Shown here piece after piece: positions 47,401-62,200 of a stretch of 64,000 bases of DNA (position 1 is its first letter; each line of letters starts with the position of its first letter). The notes beneath the pieces were generated by a model. It saw only the letters and a program-made list of their open reading frames with translations. It did no database searches and was not told the origin of the DNA. The position numbers were made by a program, and so were the translations under genes. Source of the stretch: Podarcis gaigeae (Eukaryota); NCBI GenBank assembly GCA_964106915.2, contig OZ066919.1, one strand, 5' to 3'.

Positions 47401-50400
47401 ATAGAGGGTGGTTGGTTATCTGGTCATTTCCTCTTTTAGAAAAGCTTTATTTGGTTGGCACGCAGAGGAGGCCTCCCTCAGGGCGATGTCGCTGTCATTC
47501 CTGCTATGAAATCGGTGGCACTTTGCTCCTTCTCTGCCACACCACTGGCTCATTTCATATGCATGTCAAAAGAATGCAGAAGAGGCAATGCCCAGTATGT
47601 GGGACTGGGAGCAGAATCTCATACTTTCTTAAGGGCACCAGAGCCCCACCCTGTGCTTGTGCCACCCTCCTAGGGGGGCACATGCTTCTGCAAATCATCT
47701 ACCGACTCTCTACTTCTGTTTTGTCTAAACGCAGGACTTGTGGCGCCTGCCAGGGCAATACATTGTGGTGCTTAAGGAGGAAACCCACAAATCTCAGACG
47801 TCAAGGACCGCCAAGCGCCTGCAGGCCAGAGCAGCCAGGCATGGCTACTTGACGAAAATCCTGCATATCTTTGAGGACCTGTTCCAGGGCTTTCTCGTGA
47901 AGATGAGCAGCGACGTGCTGCACATGGTAAGTCCCTCTTTCTGCATCGGGGCTGGGGAACTCACAATCTCTCCAGACGTCAGCCCCAGCCAGCATGGCCT
48001 ATGGGCAGGGACGGGGAGAGTTATAGTCCCATCACAGTGCTATCAGAAATGTCCAGTGTGTGGAAGAAACTCTTTATTGTCAAAAGTATACTTACAAGTT
48101 GGGAAAAGGCAGGCCCACCAGTCCTGTTGTCTCCCCTCAGTTCCAAGTCAGTCTCCTATCTCCATCTCGTGGTCCCTGACATAGCGCAGCAGTATTTACA
48201 AGCACAATAGGTACTTATTTACGTTCAGATCTTGGCATGTCTCTCATCCAAGCCTCCCCTGGCTCTACAGTTTTATCAAATGCAGCATAAAATATACCTT
48301 GTGGGGTTCCACCAGTGGAATGGGCGTTGTTGGCTCCCCACAGCTCCAGATATCTGCTCCAGAGGGTTGGAGAGATTTGGAGAGGTCGGGTTCGCCAGAA
48401 GTGCCTTAGTCCTACTGGCCACATGACCCGGAAGCTGTATGCCAGCTCCCTCAGCCAATAAAGCAAGATGAGCACTGCAGCCTCAGAGTCAGCCACGACT
48501 GGACCTAATGGTCAGGGGTCCCTTTACCTTTACCTTTAGGGGAGCCATACTGGGGGAAGGGGAGGACCCACACTGCAAGTGAAAGTCTCCACCCGCGCCA
48601 TGCCAAATGCCACCCAAACCCTGGGAGGGAGGGTCTTGTAGGCCACCTAGTCGAAACCCCTCTGCTAAGAATGGAGCAAAACTATCTTGTAAAAGATGGC
48701 TGTCTAGGCTGTGTTTGAATATATTTTGTGCAATGCCATATCAGTGAGCAGAAAGAAAAATTCCCAAAACACTTTGGGGGTCTAATACTTGTGCATCTGT
48801 CTGTTTTTTGTTTCTGGTTTTTGTCATCCTTACAGTTATCTTTTTAAAAATCATTTCTGTTGTATGAACTTTCACTAAGTCCCTATTCCCCATTGCGTGG
48901 GGCAATGATGTGGGCCTTCTGGCAATGTGCGACTGGCCGAAATTGACCAGGATCTACTGAGTGGTGTTTGAGTTGTTTTTAGTACACAAAACTGAACAAG
49001 TGAATTCTACTTGTATAAATATCTCAAATTGTTTTTCCCATAACCAGTAGTGGGAAGGCTGTGTGGTTGTGTTGCTCTCTTGTCTTCCTGGTGCTGCTCA
49101 TGGCCGCCGCTCATAGGCAGGGAGGGGGAACAAGGCCGTAGGAGCTCAACATGGCGCAGGGGCAGAAGGAACAGCTTGGCTTCGCTCTGCTCCCACACCA
49201 TACTGAACGCCTCCTTCTCTCAGTGAGTGGCAGCGAAGCACAGAGTTGTGAAAAGTGGGGGTCAATGTAGGCCGCCATCCCTGTGTAGCCTTAGCAACCG
49301 GCACTGCCAGTAGGCCAACTGTAGTTGAACTAAAATATATATGATTGGGGTAAGAATAAATAAATCAGGGAAGTGCACTTTTAAGAGCTTTGCTTGAAAA
49401 ATATGCTTTAGTTGGAATGCTTGAAAGTAAGTTAAGACATCACGACTCGGCAGCATGCTCTTCCTTTATATTGTTTAAATCTTAAAGAGAACAAAAATGA
49501 AAGATACTGGAAGCTGGACCAGTTAACATTCTAATATTAGTACATTAAGTGTCCAACGTAAATTTGTGGGCATTCAGCTTTATGTGTGTGGTAAAAAAAT
49601 AAAGAAAAATTTAAAGGGAGGTGGTTCTGGAGATGTATGACCTTGGCAACCCTCCCCCCCCATTGAATGGGATAGCTCAGGCGGTAGAGCATGACTCTTA
49701 ATCTCAAGCTCATGCGTTTGAGCCTCACAGTGAGTGAAAGATTCCCTTCCAACTCTACAAGTCTGTGATTCTGTTTTCACTATATGTGACTGGCTTTTGG
49801 CGGTCTCCCTGGAAATAACCCTAACATAAGTTGTGGGCTTACTGTATGGCCAAGGACCTGTGCAGAAACACACACACATTCCCCCTTTGAAACCGAACAA
49901 TTTGACTGGTGTTGTTGTACTCATTCCTTATGTTACTAATTTATATTATGAAACAATGCATTTTTTAAAACAGATTTTTTTCCCCTGCAGAAAAATACTT
50001 AACTTGTTCACCGAATTTATTTCCTCCCCAAGGAGCCCCAGGGCTTCAGATAGACATACAATTTGAAAGCAAAGCAAAAACATTCTAAAGCAGTTTAAAT
50101 ATTCTAAAAAACAGTAACAAAAAACATCTAAAAGTTTTGGTTAGAAACGTTTGGTTAAAAAGCATTTACAGTTAGAACATTCTAAAAGCAATTGCTTTAC
50201 AGTTAAAAGCGTTCTTCCATCCAGTGATCACAGCGTTGCCGGGAACGATATTCTTTTGCCACCAAACGATGCTTCCCAATTTCCCCAACAGCCTTTGAAT
50301 GACTAGTGTGGTGTTTTTTCTCAGTGTGCTGAGTTTGTTATGGTGATGGGAAAACCAGGTTCAGGTCTCTGCTCAGCCACAACGTTCTCTTGTTGGGCAG

Positions 50401-53400
50401 GAGTGCATGCTATGTTGACTTTGTGAGATTGCCGCACGGCTAATGTTCTGACCTCCTTGGCAAGAAACAAATAAGAAGCAACTTTCCTCTTTGTCCCCGT
50501 GGGAGGTGTTTGGGAGCTGTTTTGTGATGGCTTTCCCCCTTTCGTTCTGAGAAGGGCATATTTGCATGGACTCCTGTGGCTTTTTACAGGACAACTGATA
50601 ACCCAGTGGTCCTTTCCAAACATTTCATAATCTTACGATAAGGGAGGTGCCATTTGAGAAATCCAAAGTGATGCAAGACTCAGTGGAGGCAAATAGGTTT
50701 GCTTAATCACTTCCTAGCTGCTTACGATGCCAGATACGCTTCAGGCTGGTAGCTGTGTGAAAGTCTGCGAATCAGAGAACTTGAGAGCGTTGCAACGCTG
50801 AAGATGATGCCAGGTGTGCCGCTGCTTAGGGGAAATCATCCGATGCAGAATGCAAACACTCCTGGTTTGGGTTTTCTAAAACAACTCATTGACACAGCTC
50901 TCTCTGCAGGGTTTTAGACACCCATGTGCAAGTTGTGACAGGTGCAGGGAAGAGCATCTCATGCCCTCTGTTTGGCTGTGCTTGCGGTCACCAAGGCTTG
51001 TCTGCACACGCATAAGGGAAGTGGAAGGGAAAATATTCAGGAGTGCTCACAGATGGATGTGTGCGCATGCATGCACATACCCAAAGAGAGAATGGGCGAG
51101 AGGATTAGAATTTGTGTGGGAGCATGAGAGGGATCGAGATTGTGTATGCGTGTTTGGTGTATGTTTGTGGGGGGCAGCGACCACAGAGGTAGCCTGCAGC
51201 AAGGAGATTCTCCCACAGTCTGTCAGTGGTGTGCTTCCTGCATGCAATAGATATTTACCAACAAAGGCCTCAAGCGCTGAGCGCACACAGGAGAATTTGT
51301 GACTTGCCGCTACAACAGTTTGAGCTGCTTTGAGAAAAAGAGGCTGGAAAGGCTCCCTAAATGGTGGCAAAGAGGGAATTAGCAAATATGAGCTAGAAGT
51401 CAGACGGTGGAAGGAATTTTGTCAGACATTGGAATCGCTATTAGAATTATCCAGAACTGGAGGAGTATGTCTTTTTCCATTTGTTAAGTACCTGCCGTAA
51501 TGCTGAGTTCGATAATAGCTGCATAACTTGTAATGGTAATGACAAGAAAATTAAAAACAAAGCTATCAGAGATTATGAAATCAGAGAATTGTAGAGCTGG
51601 GACCCCCCAAGGTCATCTAGTTCAGCCCCCTGCAATGCAGGAATCTTTTTGCCCAATGAAGGGAATGGACTCACAGAAACAGTTACGGGAGCAAGTGATC
51701 TTGCTGGATGTCAGGCGTAGTTGAATGCATTTATGAAACAGAAGCCTGCACAATTTTGTAAGAAGGACATGTTGTGCGTAGAGAAGAAGAGAAGTCTTTG
51801 GTCTCTGTCCTGCCATCTTTCTGGGTCTGAAGGGATTGGAGTCCAGCAGCGTCTGGAGGGCCAAAGGTTCCCCAGTCCTGCTCTCAGCCCCTCCACCTTG
51901 CCTGCTGCACTCCTATCCTTACCACCACCAACCTTTTCATTTTCCTCTCTCGTCCCTACCCTTGCCCTAAATCTCCAGCACCTTCCCACCCTGCTAGACG
52001 TCCTCATTCCAGCATGTCTCTTTAGCTTCCTCAGTACCAGCCAGACTGGCTTCTGATACCTGCAGGGAAGGAAGGCTCTGCTTGTGCTTCCGAATGAATA
52101 TGGAACAAGGTTGGATGGGCAGGTCACCACACAAGGCAGGGCCTTCTCAGTGGTGACACCCCAGTTCTGTTGAGATCAATTTGAGCCGCACTCACGGCTC
52201 CTCCAGTTCACCTAAGCATTCATCCTGATTTGCTTGCACAAGGTTTACACAGAGGTTAGATTGTATCCAGTCTTTATTGAGCGTTCGTCCTGATCTGTTT
52301 GAGCCACCATCTGCATGTTAATCCTCTGTTGACCTACTTTTCGGTGCATTTCCCTGTCACTTTCGAAACCAGTTTCTTTTTTAAAGTGGATTTGTTGCTC
52401 CAGGGCACTAATTGTATAAATCTGAATTTCCAGATGCTCTCTCATTGGTGGGGAGGAGCCGCAGGGAGAAGAGGAAATTACACAAATGGCCTCTCTCCAC
52501 ATTCCGTTTGATTTTGGACTCCACCTCCCATTAGCCCCAGCCAACATGGCCACTGCTCAGGGTGATGGGAGTTGCAGTCCAACAACATCTGAAGGCCCAC
52601 AGATCCCCCATTCCTGTTATATGCTCTGTATACTTTTAGGAGAAGAGTAGGATGGTGGCGATGATATTTCTTGCGTGACTTGCACAGTTCTTCCCGTGTC
52701 ATCTTTTGTACAGGCTTTGAGACTACCGCATGTGGATTATATAGAAGAGGACTCCTATGTGTTTGCTCAGAGCATTCCCTGGAACCTTGGCCGGATTGTC
52801 CCTGTGCAAGACGGATCTACTGAGTATAATCCTCCCAGTAGGTGATATTCCCATTCAACCATGTGTGCATGAGATCTATGGAGTCAACAACAAAATCCTA
52901 TGCGGAGGGATGGTGCTACCTATCACTGATTGCTTGGTCTGCCACTATGTGGTTCACATGGTACTGCATTCCATGGGTGTGGGGCCACCACCAATAAGGC
53001 CCTGTTTCACATGCTTGCTGCCCTTACAGCCCTATTTGGGCCTGAGACCGTCACATGACAATAGCGAGACCAGCTCCGGATCCAGTGGATCTCAGGCTGG
53101 CTTAGTCCTGCCCCTCTTTTCCCCAGGAGCACTCCATCTGGGGGCTTTCTGCTGGTGAATAACTTGCCAGCATACCTCTCATCCCCATGCTTGGCAGCTG
53201 ATGCAGAGCTGGGCTGAGCCAGTGGAGATGAGCAGAGGAACAGCCTTGCTGAACCCACCCACTCAATCCAGCTTGGTGTGAGGGTTGCTTTGAATTGCTC
53301 TGCATGTATATACACACACACACATGTCGTCTTTTTGCAACATAGTTTTTAATTCGTTTGCTTCTCTAAACTGTTCAACATGATTGCATTGGGATGCATC

Positions 53401-56400
53401 TTTGTTTACTTTAGAGCATATGACATGCAACAATTACATGAAATTTAAAATGGAAATAAAACAACCATAAGTACTCAGATAAACGTTTCTGAATCTGTTA
53501 ACAAAGTTGTGTCAAAATGGAGACCTTCGGGTGACAAACAACTAGTAAGTTTAATAAATGAATGAAATGAGTGTTTGTGCCAAAACGATTACCGTTGTTG
53601 CAGATATGAAATTTTATATATAGTAAAGTGCATTGATTGCTTCGATGGGTGACCAAAAGTATTTTGTATCAATAACAACTAGAATTTATAGGAAGGGAGG
53701 AGGAAGCGGGAAGGGGGAGAAATTGAAACATGTACTTCATTATACATATGTTTCTGATTAAAACAAAATTTAACAATAAGCAGAGTGGATTTTCTGAATA
53801 TCTCTTTTTGTTTTCTGTTAAAACCACTAGATGGTTAAATGCTGAGACCTCAAATAATTACTGGATAGGCTACTTCACTTTTTAAATAGCGAAGTAGACT
53901 GACTCACCCTCATTCCAATTTCCGCTTTCCGAAGATTGCAAATCTGGCCTTAACGACACAGAAACAGAGCAGCCAACTCACTTGTATTGCCTTTGATCAC
54001 CAGAATAGAAGGGATAATCGTGTTAAGTCCAATCTTCCATTTCCTTCCCTGCCTGCTCCGTACAAGGCAAAATTGGAGCGGCTCCCTTTATAAATTGCTT
54101 GCGCAAGATAAACCTCATTGTATATTGGCATGCTGGGATGCTGCGTTGAGAGCAATGCCTTCACTGCCTCTTGGCGTCACTGACTGGCTGTCTCCTCTTT
54201 TTAGACAGAGGCGACCTGGTTGAAGTTTATCTGCTGGACACTGGGGTCCAGAGCAACCACCGAGAGATCGAGGGCAGAGTGTTCATGACTGAATTTGAGA
54301 ACATCCCAGAAGAAGATGGCACTCGCTTCCACCGACAGGTACGCCAGCTCTGCTTCACGAGCAATGACGACTTTCTTGCCACCTTCCCCTTTTACCAGTG
54401 ACGTTGCTAGAACCCAGCGTTTATTATGATGGCTCAACCCTGAAACCTTTAGTCCTTGGAGGAGATTTGTGGGATTAAGGACCAGTTACGGTGTTTCTGT
54501 GGGAGCAGCATGTGTAATTCAATCTGTCAGTTTCTTCAGGCCCCCTTCTTCCTTAAGTTGTAAAGGGATGCTCACAACTGTACCGCTGGGAAGTGGGTGC
54601 GTTCTTAACAGACACTCGCCAGTGTGGGTGCTGATTGTGCTTCTGCGCATCCCAGTGAGATGTCATTTGTGGACAGACCTGACTGCAGCTGGATTCCCTC
54701 TGGAGTCCTAGTCTTCCCATTGGCTCTCTTCCTCTCCTCCAGGGCGGAATGGCCTCTTAAGGTGGTTTCAAATATGTACATTGCATGGAGATTTCCAGAT
54801 TGAATGGCACAATTGCGGTGGAAATCTATGCATATGCTCAGTGCCACCTTAAGAGGCCTAAAGCCAGTGAGATAAGGTCCAGGGCAGCATTTTTCAAATA
54901 AAATTGAACCAAAAATTTCATACCATCTAATTTTTGCGCTGCAGTTTGACACCTGTGGCTGGGCTTTCGTCCTGCCTCTGTGGGTTGAATTGAAGGGAAA
55001 GCCCACAGAAGGAGTCTGGTGGAAAATGACTTTTCAACCCTGATGGCCTCCACCCCAGAAAAGCCACTCCTTTGGGTTGGAGTAGCTTGTTGAATGGGGT
55101 GGGATGTGATGCAGTGGGCTCAGGAGGAAGGGGCTAGTCCCTGCAGATTGAGTAGAAACACCTTATAGGAGCTACCTCCACCTGACTTCTGAGGATCCTC
55201 TCTTAGCCCTTTACACCAGAGCCTACTCCATTCAGCAGGGTTCCCTTTCTCTAGGGAGAGGTTTTTGGGGAGGGGGAGGGGCTGTCAAAAGGTGGGCAGA
55301 GTGTGAAAGCCAGCTTCAGCCAGCCCCTTTCTGCAGGCTTCCCCCTTGAGCCAACCCCATGGATTCTTCAGTCACAGTGAGGTTTTTGTTCAAGCAATAT
55401 CAATCAACGTTTTTGTGCTTCGCTGAGTTATTGTCGCATCTGAAAGGCTCCATGTGCTCTTTTCATGCTTTCTCCGTATGTGTATGGCAGAGGAGGCCCC
55501 GTAACATTCATGACTTGCTTTTTAACGTGAGCTGTCATGCCGACAACTTGTCCCCTTATTCCGTTGCTGAATTCCTCATAAAAACGTGTTACTGCGTTTG
55601 GTGGCACCACTGCGATGGTGTTTTCTTGAAGCGGGAAGTGTCAGTTGAGCAAGTAGGCCGGAGGCAGTTGAGTTGCTTTTTATCTGTAATGACAATCATT
55701 CCTTATGTGAAGGATCAAGGGGCTTCCAGCCTCTCATATTTGTGGAACAACCTGGGTCTGCTTAAAGCCCCTAATCTTTTTCTTGACCTCTGCAGCCCCC
55801 CCCCCTCGATTTAGCATGTTACTAATGGGGAGGGAGAGCAGTCAGCTCTTCACAGGATGAGGGAAAAGGGTTTGGTTGTTTTTGCCTAGCGAAGGGGTGA
55901 ATAATGGGGCCGTTGGACAGCATAGAATTTCAAGATAGCTTTGAAAGGATGAAATTATGGCTCCAGTCATGCCTACCCTTTTACATTGGGAGCATTTATT
56001 CTTCTCTCCCTGCGCCTTCCAATAATGGTAGCATTTAATCAACTACTGTCCTGAATTATGTCTTCACGTCACCCCGACATTCTACTGTTGCTCTTTTTCC
56101 AAATACAGTGGTACCTTGGGTTAAATACGCTTCAGGTTACAGACGCTTCAAGTTAAATACGCTTCAGGATGAGAACAGAAATCGTGCGGTGGCAGCGGGA
56201 GGCCCCATTAGCTAAAGTGGTACCTCAGGTTAAGAACAGTTTCAGATTAAGAACGGACCTCCAGAACGAATTAAGTTCTTACCCCGAGGTACCACTGTAG
56301 TTTTCAGTAAAAATTAATTTAGAATTCTCTAATATAATTCAGCACTTCACATTCTTTGGGTTCCCCTTTTTCCTCATGTTTGTCAAAGGCAATGTAGCCA

Positions 56401-59174
56401 CACTGAGACTGCAGGGTGGTTTTGAACCCGACGACGTGAAGGATTGCCATTCATGGTGTGCATGAGGGGGCAGAAGCAGGTGATAAATGGCGAACTTTAT
56501 GCTTTGTGGCAGGCCAGCAAGTGTGACAGCCACGGGACCCACATGGCTGGTGTTGTGAGTGGGAGGGATGCCGGCATCGCCAAAGGAGCCAGCGTGAGCA
56601 GCCTCCGAGTGCTCAACTGCCAGGGGAAGGGCACTGTGAGTGGCACTCTGATGGGTGAGTAAGCAGCAGCTGTTTGCCAAGGGGGAGCGGAACTCTGGAG
56701 TCCAATCTGTCCAATCCCAGCCAGACTTTGGATGTTGCTGATCCACCACCGCCTGGGGGAGGAGCCTGTTAGGTTGAATGTACTTATTCAGTCCAGTTCT
56801 TACGAACTCAGCTCTTGCTTTGTTTGGCACCCGGTCAGGTTTAAAAACAAAAGGGGGAGAGAGAGAGAGGATGCGGTCAAAATCTATTTTATATTGAGAG
56901 ACGGAGCTTATTTTGTGGTTTCATATTTGAGGACCCCAAAGGAGAAATACTTAAGAATTTATTGGAAGTATATTGACCTCCACAGCCCACTTCAATGGGT
57001 GCATGGACCTGTCAGCTGGACTCTAGCTCAAGAAAGTTTCTGCCATAACAAATGTTTGTCTTTCAAGTCCCACAAAAGTCTTCTTGGGTTTTTTTGTTTT
57101 GTACTATCACGGGCTGACCCTTTTGTCCATTGCACTTGCATGGTTCCTCTTTAAAACAAACAAGACGTTTCCTTCTCCTTCCTTTTCTGCATAGTAGGAC
57201 AGATATGTGTACAAAAAGCTCCTTTCCCTCTTTCACATGTGCTCTATTGGTTTGTCTCCCCAGCTCAGAAACAGGGCAAAGCACACACTGTGAAAAGACG
57301 TGCCTCGTGCCCTCTCGTTTGAGCAAGACAGCTCAGCTGCCCGTTTCCTTTTATTCACATGACAGGATTGGAGTTCATTAAGAAGACCCTGGATGTCCAG
57401 CCCTACAACCCTCTGGTTGTCTTGCTTCCCTTGGCTGGTGGTTATAGCCACATCCTGAACACGGCCTGTCGCCTGATGGTTCGGATGGGGGTGGTGATAA
57501 TCGCTGCAGCGGGCAACTACAAGGAAGATGCTTGCTTGTATTCACCGGCATCAGAACCAGAGGTACGTGAGAGGGTTAGCTTGCTCCCTTGTTCTAGGCC
57601 CGTAGTAAAGTAGCCCAGTAATTATTTGTGCCCCAAGGAAGCTTCCGGATTATCTCATCACGGGTACATCTTTCACATGGTTGTAAACACAGCGCTCTTC
57701 CATTGAGACAGTTTGCCACACGGAACTGCCACTCATCCACTGTGGGGTTGTCAAGTACTGACTGGTGCACACACCTGGGCTAGCCTACCTGCCATTTGAT
57801 GGAATATTAACACTCCAGGGCAAGACTGCTGCCACCTGCATCCTCCAAACCAAGGACCAGGCAGCTTACGGATGGAGAAAGATTCAGTTGCTGCCCTAGA
57901 GCATGTTGTGGATATCTTGGCCAAGCCACACATTCCTTTCTGCAACTACATTGACTCCAGATGTAAAGAGCACTTAGCCTTGTGGGTCGTGATTCTCAGA
58001 GCAGGGTCTATACCACAGCCCACTTACAGAGTTGGCTGAAGAGGAAGCCATTAAAAACACACACGCTAATATTTTCTGGAGTCTGTAGTCACACCCACAC
58101 CATTCTATCTCCCTATAGCACTACTATATCACTTGATGATAACAGTCGTGGAGAATCCTGGAAACTTGTTCGGGTGCTGAGAGTTGTAGCTCTGTGAGGT
58201 CAGTACCCTTCACAAGCCACAGTTTGCAGGATTCTTTGGGGGAAGCCACAAGTGTTGAAGCGGCGTAAGAATGCTCTAAACCAGAGGTTGGCAATCTAAG
58301 ACCAAACCAAGCTGCACACTCAGCAAGTCCCTGTGCGTTGTGCTAAAGCGGAGCAGCGCAGCGTGGGGACTCTTCCACAGCACCGGAAATCACTTCTGTG
58401 CATGCCCAGATGCTGAAAAGTGCTTCTGCACAGACGTGATTTCCGGTGTTGCGCTGCGGCAGCCCAGCCTGGCAACCCCTGCTCTAAATGCCTGGGGTGG
58501 ACAGGACCTCTTCCAGGTATTTCTGGGTGTTTTCCCATCGATGTTGCACAATGTGCTTGTGCTGTTTAAATATACACTAGAGTTTAAACGTAGGTTTGAT
58601 AGTGGAACTAATTACTCAGGCAGGTTGGCAGTGGGATGTCTCTTGCAGAGGCTGGACAGTCCATCTGCTGGATGTTTCCTGCATTGAGTAGAGGATTGGA
58701 TTTGATGGCTTCTGCCATCTAAGACCCTCTGCACCTTTAGGAGTTTGCCTTTCTTCTTTGCTCCACACCACCTATGATTAGGTCTCGTGTCGTCATAGGT
58801 TATCACAGTGGGGGCCACCAATGTTCAGGACCAGCCTGCTTCCATGGGCTCCTTGGGGACCAACTTTGGCCGTTGTGTGGATGTTTTCGCTCCTGGAGAT
58901 GATATCATCGGTGCCTCCAGCGACTGCACGACTTGCTTCACCTCACAGAGCGGGACATCCCAAGCAGCTGCGCATGTGGCAGGTAAAAACCTTATGGCAG
59001 AATTTGTGTGACTGCTGCTTGGCTCCCAGTGGGGTCGAACTCACGGAATCTCTCTGTGTATCTAGTCACACCCACGCCAAACATTTAAAGCACATGGCTT
59101 CCCCCCAAGGAATCGTCTGAACTGTAGTTGCTGAACTGTCAAGGATGCTGGGAATTCTAGCTCTGTGTGAGAGG

Positions 59175-59236
<62 letters not shown>

Positions 59237-62200
59237 TTATTTATACCCCGCCCATCTGGCTGGGCCTCCCCAGCCACTCTGGGCGGCTTCCATAAAAACC
59301 ACAAATACAGTAAAATATCACACGTTAAAAACTTCCCTGAACAGGGCTGCCTTAAGATGTCTTCTGAATGTCAGGTAGTTGTTTATTGCTTAGACATCTG
59401 CTGGAAGGGCGTTCCACAGGGCGGGCGCCACTACCGAGAAGGCCCTCTGCCTGGTTCCCTGTAGCTTTGCTTCTCGCAATGAGGGAACCGCCAGAAGGCC
59501 CTCAGTGCTGGACCTCAGCGTCCGGGCAGAACGATGCGGGTGGAGATGCTCCTTCAGGTATACAGGACCGAGGCCGTTTAGGGCTTTAAAGGTCAGCACC
59601 AACACTTTGAATTGTGCTCGGAAACATACTGGTGAACCGTGGTTCCTATAATTTTTTTGTCTGGTAGTTGTTTTTCTCTTTGGTGGGAGGGTGCCACTGC
59701 CAGGAAGGCCCTCTGCCAGTGCCCTGGATGTAATGTGCCCGCTGGATTCATCTCACATTTGGCAGTAGTGTGAAAGGGACCCCATGTACATAGGGCTTAC
59801 CTTTATCACGACATAGTGGGAGGGCAAGCTTGTTACTCATACTCAGTCTTTCAGCTGCCTTTGAAAAGGTTGGCCATAGTCTCCTAGATAGACCGATTGG
59901 GGTGTGTGTGTGTGTGTTGGAGGCTCTATATTGCGGTGGTTCTGTTCTTCCTGTGTGTTCAAGCCTGGAAAGCAACATCAGGGGAAGTGCTTTTTGGCCT
60001 GGTCCTAATGCTATGGAGCTCAATAGGGCGCCATTTTGTTCCCAATGCTATTTATCATCTATATGAAGCCGTTGGGGGAGTACTCATTAGGGGTTTTGGA
60101 GCATGCTGCCACCAGTATGTTGACAGCTCTGTTTCTTCATAACATCTAAAAACAGGAGGGGCTGTGCAAGCCCTGGACTGGCGCCTCAATGCAATGGTGG
60201 ACTTGATGAGGGCTGATGAACTGAATTTGAACCCTGGGAAGACAGGGTGGATAGGTGGTTCCATGTCTGGAAGATGGGGCCGTTGCCTGTTATGGTTGGG
60301 ATTGCACTCTAAAGGAGCAGGTACACAGCTTGGGGGTTCTCCCAAGTATGTATTTGTCATTTCAAACCTGTTAGAGCACGGGTTCTGAAACTTAGGTCTC
60401 CGGCTGGTTTTGGACTACAGCTCCCATCATCCCTGGCCACTGCTTCTTGCTAGGGTTGATGGGAGTTGTAGTCCAAAAACAGCCGGAGACCCAAGTTTCA
60501 GAAACCCTGCATTAGAGGATACATCTTTGTGTTATTACAGTCTCTGTAACGAGAGAGGAAAACCGGGATATAAATTTCCTAAATAATAAATGAGTGAGTG
60601 ACCTCTGTGGTTATAGGTGTGCCTTTTACCGGCCACTGTAGTTCACGAATTGGTCATCTCGAGACTGCGTTTCTGCAATATGCTGCATGTAGGACTGCCC
60701 TTGGGCCTAGTCCAGAAATTCCTGCTGGTGCAGAATGGAGGCAGATGGCCGACTGCATGTGACACCTCTGCTAAAACATTTGCATTGGCTGCCCACATGC
60801 TTCCAGGCATGTTACAGAGAGGCCTGACTGGACTCAGCTGGAAGCTGAGCATGCCATGTTGCTGGTCCCATCCTGTGGAACACTCCTCAAGCTGGTTAGG
60901 CAAGCGCCATGGCTTTCAAATTTTGAAGACCTGTGCATCTGCTTAATTTTTTGGGTTGTTAGCCATTTTCATGATTATTTTGAAATGGTTTTTAATGGTG
61001 TTTCATATTGCATGGTGGACATTTTGTTGTACATCAGCCTGATATTTTACGAGATGGGTGGCAGCATATACTGTAAATATTTTGATAAATAACAAGTAAG
61101 TAGCTGGGAAGCTGCCCTGTGGCCCATCAGATCCTCAGTGTCTGAAAGCTGTGGCCTTGGCAGGGCACATCCATGTGAAATGACAGCCTGACCTTTACGC
61201 CACAGAATATTTTCCCGGCATGTGCACATGCACATGCTCTCACCCTCCCCTGCTCCTCAGGCTCATTTGGCAGCTTTGTGCGGATGCAGCTGGGAATGCC
61301 AGCGTGTGTGTCATGGTCTGATAGTGACATGCCTCGTGGGCTGTTGCGCCGAAGGCTGAATGCATCGAAGAGTTAACTGCTGCCAACACATTTCCTTACT
61401 AAATGGTTCTGTGCATCCTGGAGGGTGCCTGTGGCGAGTGTAAAAACAGATATTTTTAAGAAATGAAATATGCAGCTTGAAGGGAAGAAAAGGAAAAGGC
61501 ATTTACTTAACGAAGAAATAACTCCTCCGATTAGGCTATACTGGAGGAAAGGAGTTCCAGATGGCTGAATAATTTGTATTCTGAATTATCGGCAGAAGTA
61601 AACGCCCAAGAACAACAAAGCAATTTGCAGATTAGAAGGTGGTTCTTGCTGTTTGCTTTATCCTGACCAAGACCACCTGGGTGTGTGCACCATTCCGTGC
61701 CATGGAGAAACTGGCTGTTCCATCCATTGAAGTGAATGGGGAAGCTCTTTAGAGTAAAGCAGTGCACCCATCAGAGAACCCCTCTGCCCACAGTGAACGC
61801 ATGTGTTGGGCCAAGTATCTTCTGTGGGGCCTTTCTAAAAAAGCAGACATTTGCCTGCGTTTGCCTCTTGTTCTCTCTCTTTGGCAAGAGCATCAGACTC
61901 AGTTAAGTAGCCTGGATGTATAATAGACCACGGGGTACAATCCAGCCAAAGTTAAGCACTTTTATGTCTCATTGAGTTCAATGGGACAGATTCAAGCACG
62001 TGCCCAGGTGAGTGGAAGAGCAACACAACTGGATCCAGCCTCCTCACTTCTTACCAAACATCTGATCAACTGTTAATGATTAAGTGAATTCCATCTAAAC
62101 AGCTGCACAGAGAGCCAAAACACTGAGCTGTTAGTTTCACAGCGCGCGCGCACACACACACAATTGTATAACAGAAAACAGAAAAAGATAATCGCCCGAT

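Noticed and set aside
49668-49740. Possible tRNA-Lys gene
   Set aside because: Degenerate B-box and arms, fused to a CR1-type tail; it is a SINE head
59174-59464. Poly-Asn and poly-Leu ORFs
   Set aside because: Translation of the (AAT)n tail of an L2 element
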